Shown here: in pieces, positions 1-10,978 of the stretch
Position numbering within the stretch: position 1 is the stretch's first letter
Layout of the letters: the number at the start of each line of letters is the position of its first letter
Notes under the pieces: model-generated
Seen by the model: the letters and a program-made list of their open reading frames with translations, nothing else
Told to the model about the DNA's origin: nothing
Databases searched by the model: none
Source: Camelus dromedarius
Lineage: Eukaryota
Assembly: GCF_036321535.1 (NCBI RefSeq)
Contig: NC_087437.1
Span: forward strand, 74,092,001-74,156,000
DNA: 64,000 nt
Direction: 5' to 3'
Program-made: the position numbers and the translations under genes

Positions 1-1231
1 CTCTTGGAGCAAATGGCTTGGATGGAGCTCAACATTGCCAGTGTCTTACCAGAAACATCAAGTGATTATGCAACTGAAGTTATCCACCATGAGCTTGGTA
101 TTATCAGATTCACTGAATCATGTAGTCAGACAGGCACAGTAGCCACTGTATACTGCAAATGGTATATTTTGTACTGGGCCCAAGAAGCTCCAAAAAGCAT
201 AAGTAAATTATATATACTGGTGACTCAAACTCTCATATTACCTACTTCTATTGTACCTATGCTTCTTCCACAAACTATAACCTTATGAAGAAATTCATGT
301 TAAAAACTGACCCCCCAAAAGGAGAAAAGCAGAGAAATGGCTAACATATAGATGCACTGTGATGTCAGCTGTTGTAAGCCTCATTATGAACTTAATTAGA
401 GGTTGCCTTAATGACAGGTATGAGAATATAGTCTTCCAGTGAGCAGACTTAATTATCACAAGGAGAAAAGCTACAGAGCGTATGTCTACTAGTGTGTACT
501 CAGAAGAAATTCTAAAGGAAATATTTTAGATGGAGAGAATAACACATCCAATGGATGTCATTTTATTTCTCCATCATCATCTGGTTCTGGTACAAAGAAG
601 AGAGAAACTCTGAAGATACAGATGAAGAATGTGTATGGACCCAATGCCTTTAGCTCCCTCTTACTTCAAATCCTTGATTAGCTAATGACACTGTAGAATG
701 CCTTGCATGCCACCCAAGAGACTGATGCTGAGAATTGTTCTAGCATCATTCCTTAAATACACAGCAATTTTCTGTGTGTGGAAGGTGAACGATATTGGAA
801 CATTTCCTAGAGGGAACAGTCATTTTTTTCTGTTTGCATTGGATCATACCGTGGATATGAGTTTGTGTTCCTGTCCACAATATCACTGATAGTACAGCTA
901 ACCAAGGGCTTACAGAATAATAGCTCATCTACTAACATGGCATTCCATACACTATTGCTGCAGAGCACTGCACACATTTTAAAGAATACTAGGGGCAATA
1001 ATGGGTGCACAGCATGGGATATATCAGTCCTATATAACCCACTGCTTAGAAGTAGTTGACCAAACTGTATAGTGGAATGGTCTGTTAAAGGCTCAGGTAA
1101 TGTGCCAGATTAGGGATGACACTCCCCAGAGTTCAGGATACAGTATATACATTTAACTACCAGTTGATAGGTGGTACTTTGCCCTCTGTAGATTGAATAC
1201 ATGGATCTGAGAACCAAAAGGTGGAAGTAAC
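1..1231 (+). mobile_element. ERV-L-class internal region relic (decayed pol, RNase H/integrase)
   Basis: The translated fragment CKWYILYWAQEAPKSISKLY resembles the ERV-L pol motif WKWYIRDRARAGPEGTSKLH. The 820-910 region resembles the integrase GIDTYSGYGFA segment. Many stops and frameshifts. Confidence 0.75.
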
Positions 1232-1235
1232 TGGA

Positions 1236-1376
1236 AGAAAGCAAGAATATACAATGGAGAAAAGAGAGTCACTTCAGCAAGTGGTGTTGGGGAAATTGGA
1301 CAGCCACATGTAAATCAATGAAGTTAGAACACTCCTTCACACCACACATAAAAATAAACTCAAAAAGGCTTAAAGA
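1236..1376 (+). mobile_element. Older L1 ORF2 internal fragment, left half (split by the young L1)
   Basis: Encodes [29 protein letters not shown], homologous to 7140-7275 of the young L1. The fragment resumes at 8516. Confidence 0.9.
1362..1376 (+). repeat. 5' target-site duplication of the full-length L1 (AAAAAGGCTTAAAGA)
   Basis: An identical 15-mer lies at 8501-8515. The bottom-strand nick site reads TTTTT/GA, a variant of the L1 endonuclease consensus TTTT/AA. Confidence 0.95.
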
Positions 1377-2660
1377 GAGAAGACGGAGAAGATGGCGGAG
1401 TAGAAGGACACTCGCAGGTCACCCTCTCCCACAAATACACCAAGACCCACATCTACAGACCCACTCAGCCAACCAGAGCACCTGCGGAACTCCGACAGAA
1501 CATCGCCCTCTTCAAAAGATAAAGACGCCAAAAATCTGGTAGGAGAAAAGGAAAAAAGAAAGAACAAAAGGCAAAGCAGCGCGGGACGGGTCCCGCGGGG
1601 AGGGAGCGGCAAAGGAGGACTGGCGCTCGCTCGCTGGGTCTCCCCTCTCCAACTGAGAGGCCAGCGGGACGGAGGGGGAGCCTCCGAGGCTCGGATCTGT
1701 ACAGAGCAGCCCTTGACTAACAGAACTAAGTTAAACGGGCACAGAGCGTCCCCCCGACACCCAGCCTGAGAGGCGGGCCGGCAGCGGCGGGCAGGGCCAG
1801 GCTGCACAAGCCGGGCAGAGGACGGAAGTGGCTGCACGGAGGCAGCCCCGGGGGAACGCAAGGGGCTGCGCGCCGTGGCTGTGGGTGCACAGGGCAGAAC
1901 AACCTGGGCCCTCCATAAAACAGGAAGGTTGATGTGCTCTCGGGGGAAGGGTGCACACCCCCATCTCTGAAAACCAGCGGAAAGTTTTCGGGGGAAGAGA
2001 GGCGGGGCTCAGGCACAGCCGCCATATCCTCCACGCTGAGCACTCAGGCGGGGGCGGGGGCGAAACCTGCAACCGCACCGAAGGGCTTAGCAGCCTCAAA
2101 GGCCAGACTGAGACTGGCCTGCAGCCCGGCGCAGATAGGATCCTTCCATCCTGGTCCCTCAGAGAACTTGCTCCACAAAGACAAACAAGGAGCTGGGTTT
2201 TGGCTCGGAGCAGGGACAGGGCTGTCCCTCGGTCTTCCCCGAGCCCACCCGCGGAGCGCCGACCAGGGCGGGGCGCCGACCAGGGCGGAGCGCGCAGCTG
2301 CACAGAGAGCGGAACTACCAGCGGCGGCGCAGGTAGAGCGAGAGCGGCCCCCCGCCTTTCGGGCAGGAACACAGCCCCTGACCGAGGTGCTGGGAGGGGG
2401 CACGACCCGCCCTCCTACCTGGCCAGTCTGCAACATCTGACTGCGGCATCCGGAGGGGCAGCGACCCGCCCGCCCACAGCAGAGGAGAGCTGCACCTGAC
2501 CCAGTGTTAGGAGGAGGCGCGATCTGCTTGGGACAGGTGCTGGGAGCAGCACAGAAGAGGGCGCCAACGGAGGGCCTCTGAAAACAGCAAGCTGAGCTTC
2601 CAAAACAGGACGAAGACAGAAAGACTTCACAGTAAAAGCACACAGACTCCAGGAGAACAC
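1377..2660 (+). promoter_or_regulatory. L1 5'UTR internal Pol II promoter / CpG island
   Basis: CpG-dense island in an AT-rich background. YY1 motif AAGATGGCGG at 1389-1398, the position typical for L1. GC boxes near 2047-2062 and 2266-2290. Confidence 0.85.
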
Positions 2661-3076
2661 CGACAACCCCCCCCCCCCGCCTTTTTTTAAATCTGTTTTT
2701 ACCTGTTCTATTTTCTATTACTCTCTTAATTTTTACTTCTTAATTCATTTCTATTTCTCCTGGGTTTTGATGTCCTGCTATTGATTAGACACAGGTTTCA
2801 AATACATCTATTCATCCCCCCCCCCCCCTTTTTTGTAAAGGTTTTAAAAGGACGTCTCAACCCGATTAATACTCTGCTTCAACTCACTCTTCTATTATTC
2901 ATTATACACTGTTTTCAAACCCTCTTTCTCCCTTCTTTTAAAATTCTTTTTCTCTCTCTCTTATTTTTTTCTCCTTTTTTTCCTAAGTTCTATTCCTAAA
3001 TAGGCATCAGATAGATAAAATCCCTAAGGACCAAAATAAACAACTGATACTCCATAAACCACAGTGCCAAAGAGGT

Positions 3077-3981
3077 ATGAGCAAGATGAAGAAGCAGAAA
3101 AACCTTTCCCAATTAAAAGAACAAGAGAAATCCCCTGAAAGAAAGATCAACGAAATAGACATCGATAGCCTACTAGATCAAGATTTCAAAAAAGGAGTGA
3201 TCGAATTGCTGAAGGAATTAAAAGAGATAGTGTTTAGAGATATAAAATATGTCAAAAATGAAATTGAAGCTATAAAGAAGAGCCAAGTAGAATGGGTGAA
3301 CTCATTGACAGAGATGAGGAATGATCTAATAGCTGTGCAAAGCCGACTAGATAATGCAGAGGAACGAATTAGTGATCTAGTAGACAGGGCAATAGAAAGC
3401 ACCCATTCAGAAGAACTACAAGAGAAGCAAATAAAAAATAATGAAAATAGCATAAGGGACCTATGGGATAATATAAAGCGTCCCAATCTTCGCATAATAG
3501 GGGTCCCAGAAGGAGAAGAAAGATCAAAGGGGATTGAAAAGGTTTTTGAAGAAATCGTGACTGAAAACTTCCCAAACTTAAAGAAGGAATCAGATATCCA
3601 AGTACAGGAAGCTCAGAGGGTCCCAAACAGGAAGAACCCAAATAGACCCACACCAAGACATATCATAATCAAGATGGCCAGAGTCAAGAATAAAGAAATG
3701 ATTCTAAAGGCAGCAAGAGAAAAGCAAAGAGTAAGTTACAAGGGAACCCCCATAAGGCTCTCAGCTGATTTCTCTACACAAACACTACAGGCCAGAAGGG
3801 AGTGGCAAGATATATTCAAAGCCCTGAATGAAAAAAAGATGCAGCCTAGGATCCTTTATCCAGCAAGGCTATCCTTGAGGATAGAAGGAGAAATAAAGAG
3901 TTTCACAGACAAAAAAAAAAGCTGCAGGAGTTTAGCAACACTAAACCCATGCTAAAAGAAATATTGAAAGGGCTATTCTAA
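3077..3981 (+). pseudogene. L1 ORF1p (RNA-binding chaperone), frameshifted in the A10 run at 3911-3920
   Basis: Coiled-coil region and motifs NIKRPNLRIIGVPE, PRHIII, REKQ, ARREW and YPARLS. As written it ends at 3955 (292 aa). Removing 2 A restores DKKKLQEFSNTKPMLKEILKGLF* ending at 3981 (300 aa). Confidence 0.93.
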
Positions 3982-4380
3982 ATAGAAAAGCAGCAGGATG
4001 CTACAGAAATGAGAAACACACAACTGGAAACGTGATAACTCATGAATTACAAATAAACATGAAATTATAAAAGAAGACATACAAATCACTGAGAGTGGGA
4101 GAGGGAGGCAGGGAAATATAGAATATCTTTTTCTTTCTTTTTTAAATTTTTTTAACAGTAGGATGGGTTTGAGATCATGTTACTATCAGTTTAATAAAAA
4201 CAGTTATAGTAATGGGTTGATAGATTTACAAAAAAGGGTAACCACAAGCCAAAAATTTACAAAGGAGTCACAAAAATTAAATAAAATCCATGATAATACA
4301 AAGGAAAATTACCAAACCACAAAAGGAAGAAGAAAGGAACAAAGAGGATATACCAATTCAACTGCAAAGATAAGTTCAAA

Positions 4381-7300
4381 ATGGCAATAAACACACATCT
4401 ATCATTAATTACTGTAAATGTTAATGGACTAAATGCTCCAGTCAAAAGACACAGAGTGGCAGACTGGATAATAAAGCAAGAACCTTCAATATGCTGCATA
4501 CAAGAGACCCACTTGAGGGAGAAGGACACATATAGATTGAGAGTGAAAGGATGGAAAAGGATATTCCATGCAAATGGAAAAGCCAAAAAAGCAGGTGTTG
4601 CAGTACTGATTTCAGACAAAATAGACTTTAAAACAAAGGCCATAAAGAAAGATAAAGAAGGACATTTTATAATGATTAAAGGAGTGATACAAGATGAGGA
4701 TATTACACTCGTTAATATATATGCACCCAATATAGGAGCACCTAAGTACATACAAGAATTACTAACAGAGATAAAGGGGGATATTGATGGGAATACAATC
4801 ATAGATGGAGATTTTAACACTGCATTAACATCACTAGACAGATCTTCCAGACAGAAAATAAACAAGGCAACAGAGAAATTAAATACTACAATAGAAAAAC
4901 TAGATTTGGTGGATATTTTCAGAGCATTACACCCCCCAAAAATAGGATATACATTCTTTTCAAGTGTACATGGAACATTTTCCAGGATCGATCATGTACT
5001 TGGGCACAAAAGAAACCTCAACAATTTTAAGAAGATAGAAATTATCTCGAGCATCTTTACTGACCACAATGCCATGAAACTGGAAATCAACAACAGAGAA
5101 ACAAAGGAGAAAAAAAGGAAAGCATGGAGATTAAACAATATGTTATTGAAAAAACAATGGATCAATGAGGAAATCAAAGCTGAAATTAAAAAATACCTTG
5201 AGACAAATGAGAATGAAAGCACAACCACTCAAAACCTATGGGACACAGCAAAGGCAGTGCTAAGAGGGAAGTTTATAGCGATACAGGCCTTCCTCACAAA
5301 AGAAGAACCATCTCAAATAAACAATTTAACCCACCACCTGAATGAATTAGAAAAAGAAGAACAAAAAGCCCCAAAAAGCAGCAGAAGGAAGGAAATAATA
5401 AAGATCAGAGAGGAATTAAATACAATAGAGATTAACAAGACCATAGAAAAAATCAACCAAACCAAAAGCTGGTTTTTTGAAAAAGTAAATAAAATCGACA
5501 AACCTCTGGCCAAACTCACAAAGAAGAAAAAGGAGAGAGCACAAATTAGCAAAATAAGAAAGGAAAATGGAGAAATTACAACAAACAAAATAGAAATACA
5601 GAATATCATACGAGAATATTATGAAAAACTATATGGAACCAAACTGGATAACCTAGAGGAGATGGACAAGTTTCTGGAAACATACTGTCCACCAAAACTG
5701 AATCAAGAAGAATCTGAACACTTGAACAATCCGATCACTAGAAAGGAAATAGAAATAGCAATTAAAAACCTCCCTACAAATAAAAGTCCAGGACCGGACG
5801 GCTTCACCGGGGAATTCTACCAAACATACAAAGAAGAACTCATACCAGTCCTTCTCAAACTCTTCCAGACGATTGAAAAGGAGGGATTACTCCCAAACTC
5901 ATTCTATGAAGCCACCATCACCCTGATACCAAAACCAGGCAAAGACACTACAAAAGAAGAGAATTATAGGCCAATATCACTGATGAACATAGACACCAAA
6001 ATCCTCACCAGAATTTTAGCAAATAGAATCCAACAACACATAAAAAAGATTATACATCATGACCAAGTGGGGTTCATCCCAGGGACACAAGGCTGGTTCA
6101 ACATACGCAAATCAATCAGTGTAATACATCACATCAACAAGAGAAAGGACAAAAACCACATGATCATCTCAATCGATGCAGAAAAAGCATTTGATAAAAT
6201 TCAACACCCATTTATGATAAAAACTCTCGCCAAAGTGGGTATAGAGGGAACATATCTCAACATAATAAAAGCTATATATGACAAACCTACAGCCAGCATA
6301 GTACTCAATGGTGAAAAACTCAAAAGCTTCCCACTAAAATCTGGGACAAGACAAGGATGCCCACTATCACCACTCCTATTCAACATAGTCCTGGAAGTCC
6401 TAGCCACAGCAGTCAGGCAAGAGAAAGAAATAAAAGGGATCCAAATTGGAAAAGAAGAGGTAAAAGTGTCATTATATGCTGATGACATGTTACTATATAT
6501 AGAAAACCCTAAAAGGTCCACACAAAAGCTACCAGAGCTGATTGAAGAATTCAGCAAGGTAGCAGGTTACAAAATTAACGTTCAAAAATCAGTTGCATTT
6601 CTTTACACTAACGATAAATCAACAGAAGAAGAAAGTAAAGAAACAATCCCCTTTAAAATAGCACCCAAAGTAATAAAATATCTGGGAATAAATCTAACCA
6701 AGGAGGTGAAAGAATTATACACAGAAAACTATAAACCATTGATGAAGGAAATTAAAGAAGACTTTAAAAAATGGAAAGATATTCCATGCTCTTGGATTGG
6801 AAGAATCACTATTGTTAAAATGGTCACACTGCCCAAGGCAATCTACAGATTTAATGCAATCCCTATCCAATTACCCAGGACATATTTCACAGAACTAGAA
6901 AAAATCATAATAAAATTCATATGGAACCATCAAAGACCTAGAATTGCCAAAGCATTACTGAAGAGAAAGAAAGAGGCTGGAGGAATAACTCTCCCAGACT
7001 TCAGACAATAGTATAGAGCTACAGTCATCAAGACAGCATGGTATTGGTACCAAAACAGACATATAGACCAATGGAACAGAATAGAGAGCCCAGAAATGAA
7101 CCCACAAACTTTTGGTCAACTCATCTTTGACAAAGGAGGCAAGAATATACATTGGAATACAGACAGTCTCTTCAGCAAATGGTGTTGGGAAAACTGGACA
7201 GCAGCATGTAAAACAATGAAGCTAGAACACTCCCTTACACCATATACAAAAATCAACTCAAAATGGATTAAAGACTTAAACATAAGACAAGATACAATAA

Positions 7301-8178
7301 ACCTCCTAGAGGAAAACATAAGCAAAACATTATCTGACATACATTTCAAAAATTTTCTCCTAGAAGAAATAAAAGCAAGAATAAACAAATGGGACCTAAT
7401 GAAACTTACAAGCTTCTGCACAGCAAAGGAAACCAGAAATAAAACAAGAAGAAAACCTACGGAATGGGAGAAAATTTTTGCAAGTGAAACCGACAAAGGC
7501 TTGATCTCCAGAATATATAAGCAGCTCATACGACTGAATAAGAAAAAAATAAACAACCCAATCCAAAAATGGGCAGAAGACCTAAACAAGCAATTCTCCA
7601 AGGAAGACATACAAATGATCAAAAAGCACATGAAAAAATGCTCAATATCACTAATTATCAGAGAAATGCAAATCAAAACTACAATGAGGTATCACCTCAC
7701 ACCAGTCAGAATGGCCGTCATTCAAAAATCCACAAATGACAAATGCTGGAGAGGCTGTGGAGAAAGGGGAACCCTCCTACACTGCTGGTGGGAATGCAGT
7801 TTTGTGCAGCCACTATGGAAAACAGTGTGGAGATTCCTCAAAAGACTAGGAATAGACTTACCATATGACCCAGGAATCCCACTCCTGGGCTTGTATCCAG
7901 AAGGAAATCTACTTCAGGATGACACCTGCACCCCAATGTTCATAGCAGCACTATTTACAATAGCCAAAACATGGAAACAGCCTAAATGTCCATCAACAGG
8001 TGACTGGATAAAGAAGAAGTGGTATATTTATACAATGGAATACTACTCAGCCATAAAAACCGACAACATAATGCCATTTGCAGCAACACGGATGCTCCTG
8101 GAGAATGTCATTCTAAGTGAAGTAAGCCAGAAAGAGAAAGAAAAATACCATATGAGATCGCTCATATGTGGAATCTAA
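4381..8178 (+). pseudogene. L1 ORF2p (APE endonuclease, reverse transcriptase, Cys-rich domain) with an in-frame TAG at 7009-7011
   Basis: EN motifs NVNGLN, QETH, YAPN, GDFN, RIDH and DHN. RT motifs QGCPLSP, YADD (6475-6486) and YLG. CWRGC..H....C at 7744-7797. ORFs 4381..7011 and 7096..8178 are in the same frame, giving 1265 codons in total. Confidence 0.96.
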
Positions 8179-8480
8179 AAAACAAAAACAAAAACAAACA
8201 AACAAACAAAAACAAAGTGTAAATAAAGGACAGAAATAGACTCACAGACAGAGAGTAAAGACTTGTGGTTACCAGGGGGGTGGAGGGTGGGAAGGGATAG
8301 ACTGGGATTTCAAAAGTGTAGAATAGACTACACTGTATAGCACAGGGAAATTTACACAAAACGTTATGATAACTCACAGAGAAAAAAATGTGACAATAAG
8401 TGTGTATATGTCCATGAATAACTGAAAAAATTGTGCTGAACACTGGAATTTGACACAACATTGTAAAATGATTATAAATC

Positions 8481-8500
8481 AATAAAAAATGTTTAAAAAA
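8481..8500 (+). terminator. L1 polyadenylation signal and short A tail
   Basis: AATAAA at 8481-8486. The A run at 8495-8505 merges into the 3' TSD. Confidence 0.85.
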
Positions 8501-8515
8501 AAAAAGGCTTAAAGA
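8501..8515 (+). repeat. 3' target-site duplication of the full-length L1
   Basis: Identical to 1362-1376. Confidence 0.95.
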
Positions 8516-8597
8516 CTTAAGACAAGACACATAAGCCTCCTAGAAGAAAACATGGGCAAAAAATTCCCTGACATAAATCTTAGCAATGTTCTTCTAG
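8516..8597 (+). mobile_element. Older L1 ORF2 internal fragment, right half
   Basis: cttaagacaagacacataagcctcctagaagaaaacatgggc continues the fragment interrupted at 1376 and is homologous to ~7275-7360. No 3'UTR or poly(A). Confidence 0.88.
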
Positions 8598-9160
8598 AAC
8601 TCTTTAACTTTCCTTTTCAGTGAACTGATTACAGACTTTGTCTTTTCATTCCCATGACCTGAGGATCGGGTTGGTTAGACGTACTGGTTTCCAGCAGAAG
8701 CAATTCAGCTAGGAGATACAGCAAGGGCCCCATTGAACCTGAAGTTGCAACTAGCCCCTAGTCTCTCTGGCCTCTCCATGCCCCTGATACCAGCTGTACT
8801 ACCAGGAAGACAGGGTAATTACTTCTAGTCGTCCTTATGAATGAGGGCAACTCCTATGCAATGGGAGTAGGGACGACTAGGCCTGGAAGACGGGCTTCAT
8901 GGAGAACTTCTTGGTGTGTCCATGCCCAGTGATAACAGTAAGTGGGCAGATGCAGTGGGCATGGCCCAAGAAGGCAAGATAATTAAGGATTTAAACTCTT
9001 GGGGATAGTCTAGGTCACGCCAAAAGGCAGCAAACAAGCAACCCAGACTAGCTGTAGTGCTGGTCTAAGGTGAGAGAAATAGAGAATGTGTGGTGGAGAA
9101 GGTAAAATAATAAATACCCATTATAATATTAGGACCAGCTACAGAAACAGGGATTATTCT
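8598..9160 (+). mobile_element. ERV-L internal relic, continuation (post-integrase/dUTPase-like region)
   Basis: Continues the 1-1231 relic. It ends with gaccagctacagaaacaggga, typical of the end of the ERV-L internal region, and has a homologous segment at ~58150-59000. Confidence 0.7.
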
Positions 9161-9169
9161 GTTTCATTT

Positions 9170-9583
9170 CAACTCTCTTTCCAGATGTCACTCTGGTGGC
9201 AACACTGGTGTTTTTCCTGCTAGAATGCACTTTTTTTCTGTATGCTCACATAATTCACTCCTATACTCCATTCAAATATGCTCAAATGTTACCTTGTCAA
9301 TGGTACCTTCCTCATTATCTAAAATTACAATTTTCCATGTTTTCTAGTCTTTCTATCACTTTTCCCTACTGTACACTACACTTATCAATTTCAAAAAATT
9401 ATTTACATATTTATGAATGTATGCATTAAATGCTTATTAATGCATTTTTTGTTGTCTGTCTCTCTCCTTGAAAATAAAATTCACAGAAGACAATTCTCTG
9501 TTTTCACTATTATATCCCCATCACCTGGCAGAGTACCTGGCTTATAGCAAATGTTTAATAAATATTTGTTACATAAATAAATT
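9170..9583 (+). mobile_element. L2 3' end fragment
   Basis: Ends with gtacctggcttatagcaaatgtttaataaatatttgtt, the L2 3' terminal motif. Confidence 0.7.
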
Positions 9584-10894
9584 AGTTTCCTCTCTTTTCT
9601 TGACTGATGACTCCTGAATCTACATCTTTAATCTGCATATCCAAATTTACCTCTTGCTCCATATTTTTGGGTTACAAGAGGCCATGGGTAACCCTGCGCA
9701 CAAGCAGGTTTGCAAGTATCTTACGGTTTCATTTCAGTGGGGACAGGAAGTCTCTTTCTTCATGCCAAAGCACACCCCTCTTGGCATGATCACTGATATT
9801 TCACATTCCTTACAGAGAGTAATGATAAGGCTGCAATGCAAATAATCTTCAGAAAATTAGATATTTATACAAATATACTCAAACTGTAGTGAAAAGGCTT
9901 ATATTAGATGAAATAAAAGGTGGGAAGCATAGAGACTCTTGAATGGCAGAGGCCACAATAAAGGGTGAGAAAGAACATTTAACAGTGAGGACTGGATATT
10001 GGGAAACAAATCTAACTCTAAAATTTTCAGGAAGCCTATGTAGCTTTCTCAAGCTTACCACCTTTGCCCTAAAGTTTTATTATTTCACATCTGTATTACT
10101 GGATATTCCTCTAAGATTATCATTTCACCTGATTTCCTAGTTTCAGTCAATTGGACTATCATTTTTCTATCCTTCCTAGCCAGAATCCTCTCTTGTCACT
10201 GGCCACCATTACAATCAGTCATCCAGTGTTGTTAATTCTTACTGCTGGATTATCTTTAGCAGTGACATCAAGACTCTGCGTACAATACACTAAACCTGCT
10301 CTGCCATTCACCATATAGAACTTATGTTTTAAACAAAATGAATTACTCTTTGCTTGACTCTCATCCATGTATTTCTTACTACTTTGCTCATGGAGCCTCT
10401 TCCACCAAAATGTCTATAAAACTAGTATTTATCACTAAACATCTATCTCAAATGTCAGCATCTTCCACCTTGGCAGACATCCAAGTGATGAGATTTCTTC
10501 CTTCCTTAAATTTCCTCCATAAAACTCCCTATTTGTATCACATTTCTTGACTCAGCTGACTTACACTATTTTCTGTTAGTTTGACTGTGCACTGCATTTT
10601 CCTTCATTACATGATAAGCTTCTAAATGACTAGGACATTAGATCCCCAACAAAGCTTAGTGCATCTGCTGAACAGGAATGAATAATGTCATTCCTTGACT
10701 TGTAGGAGCATAATTTAACTTCTACCTACTTCCTGAAAGGATTTCTGGATCTCATTGACTCCATGTTGTCTCTAATACAAATTTCACATTTTTCACCTCA
10801 TCCTCAGGTTTACTGACTCTCAGTAACTTGCTCCACTTAATTAGTTCAAGTTTACCTTCCACTACAACTAAATTATGCCCTGTACCCTAATTAC

Positions 10895-10978
10895 TTGAAC
10901 ATTCAAACAGTTAAGTTTCTTTGATACTTCATAGACAGAGAATGATGTACAGACAGAACTTAGTGACCTGAGACAAAA
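10895..10978 (-). other. Candidate exon (84 nt, phase 0-0) of an unidentified gene or pseudogene
   Basis: Acceptor ttttcattttccag, open frame FCLRSLSSVCTSFSVYEVSKKLNCLNVQ, donor CAA|gtaatt. An alternative donor AAG|gtaaac ends the exon at 10856. Confidence 0.3.

Larger units (their letters stand above)
1377..8500 (+). mobile_element. Full-length LINE-1 retrotransposon (~7.1 kb), relatively young but disabled
   Basis: GC-rich 5'UTR, ORF1, spacer, ORF2 (EN-RT-CCHC), 3'UTR with a G-rich tract, AATAAA, short A tail and perfect TSDs. Confidence 0.98.

Noticed and set aside
1318..1542. 74-aa [13 protein letters not shown]...RRRRRW
   Set aside because: A chance fusion of the old L1 fragment with the young L1 5'UTR across the TSD.
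1370..2666. Many long overlapping ORFs (83-213 aa) on both strands of the L1 5'UTR, including possible antisense ORF0 analogues
   Set aside because: Expected in very GC-rich DNA where stop codons are rare. The starts I checked are GTG/TTG, there are no recognisable domains, and ORF0 is described as primate-specific.
3178..7676. Hydrophobic antisense ORFs opposite ORF1 and ORF2 (e.g. 4257..4865, 7116..7676)
   Set aside because: Shadow frames of the A-rich L1 coding strand.
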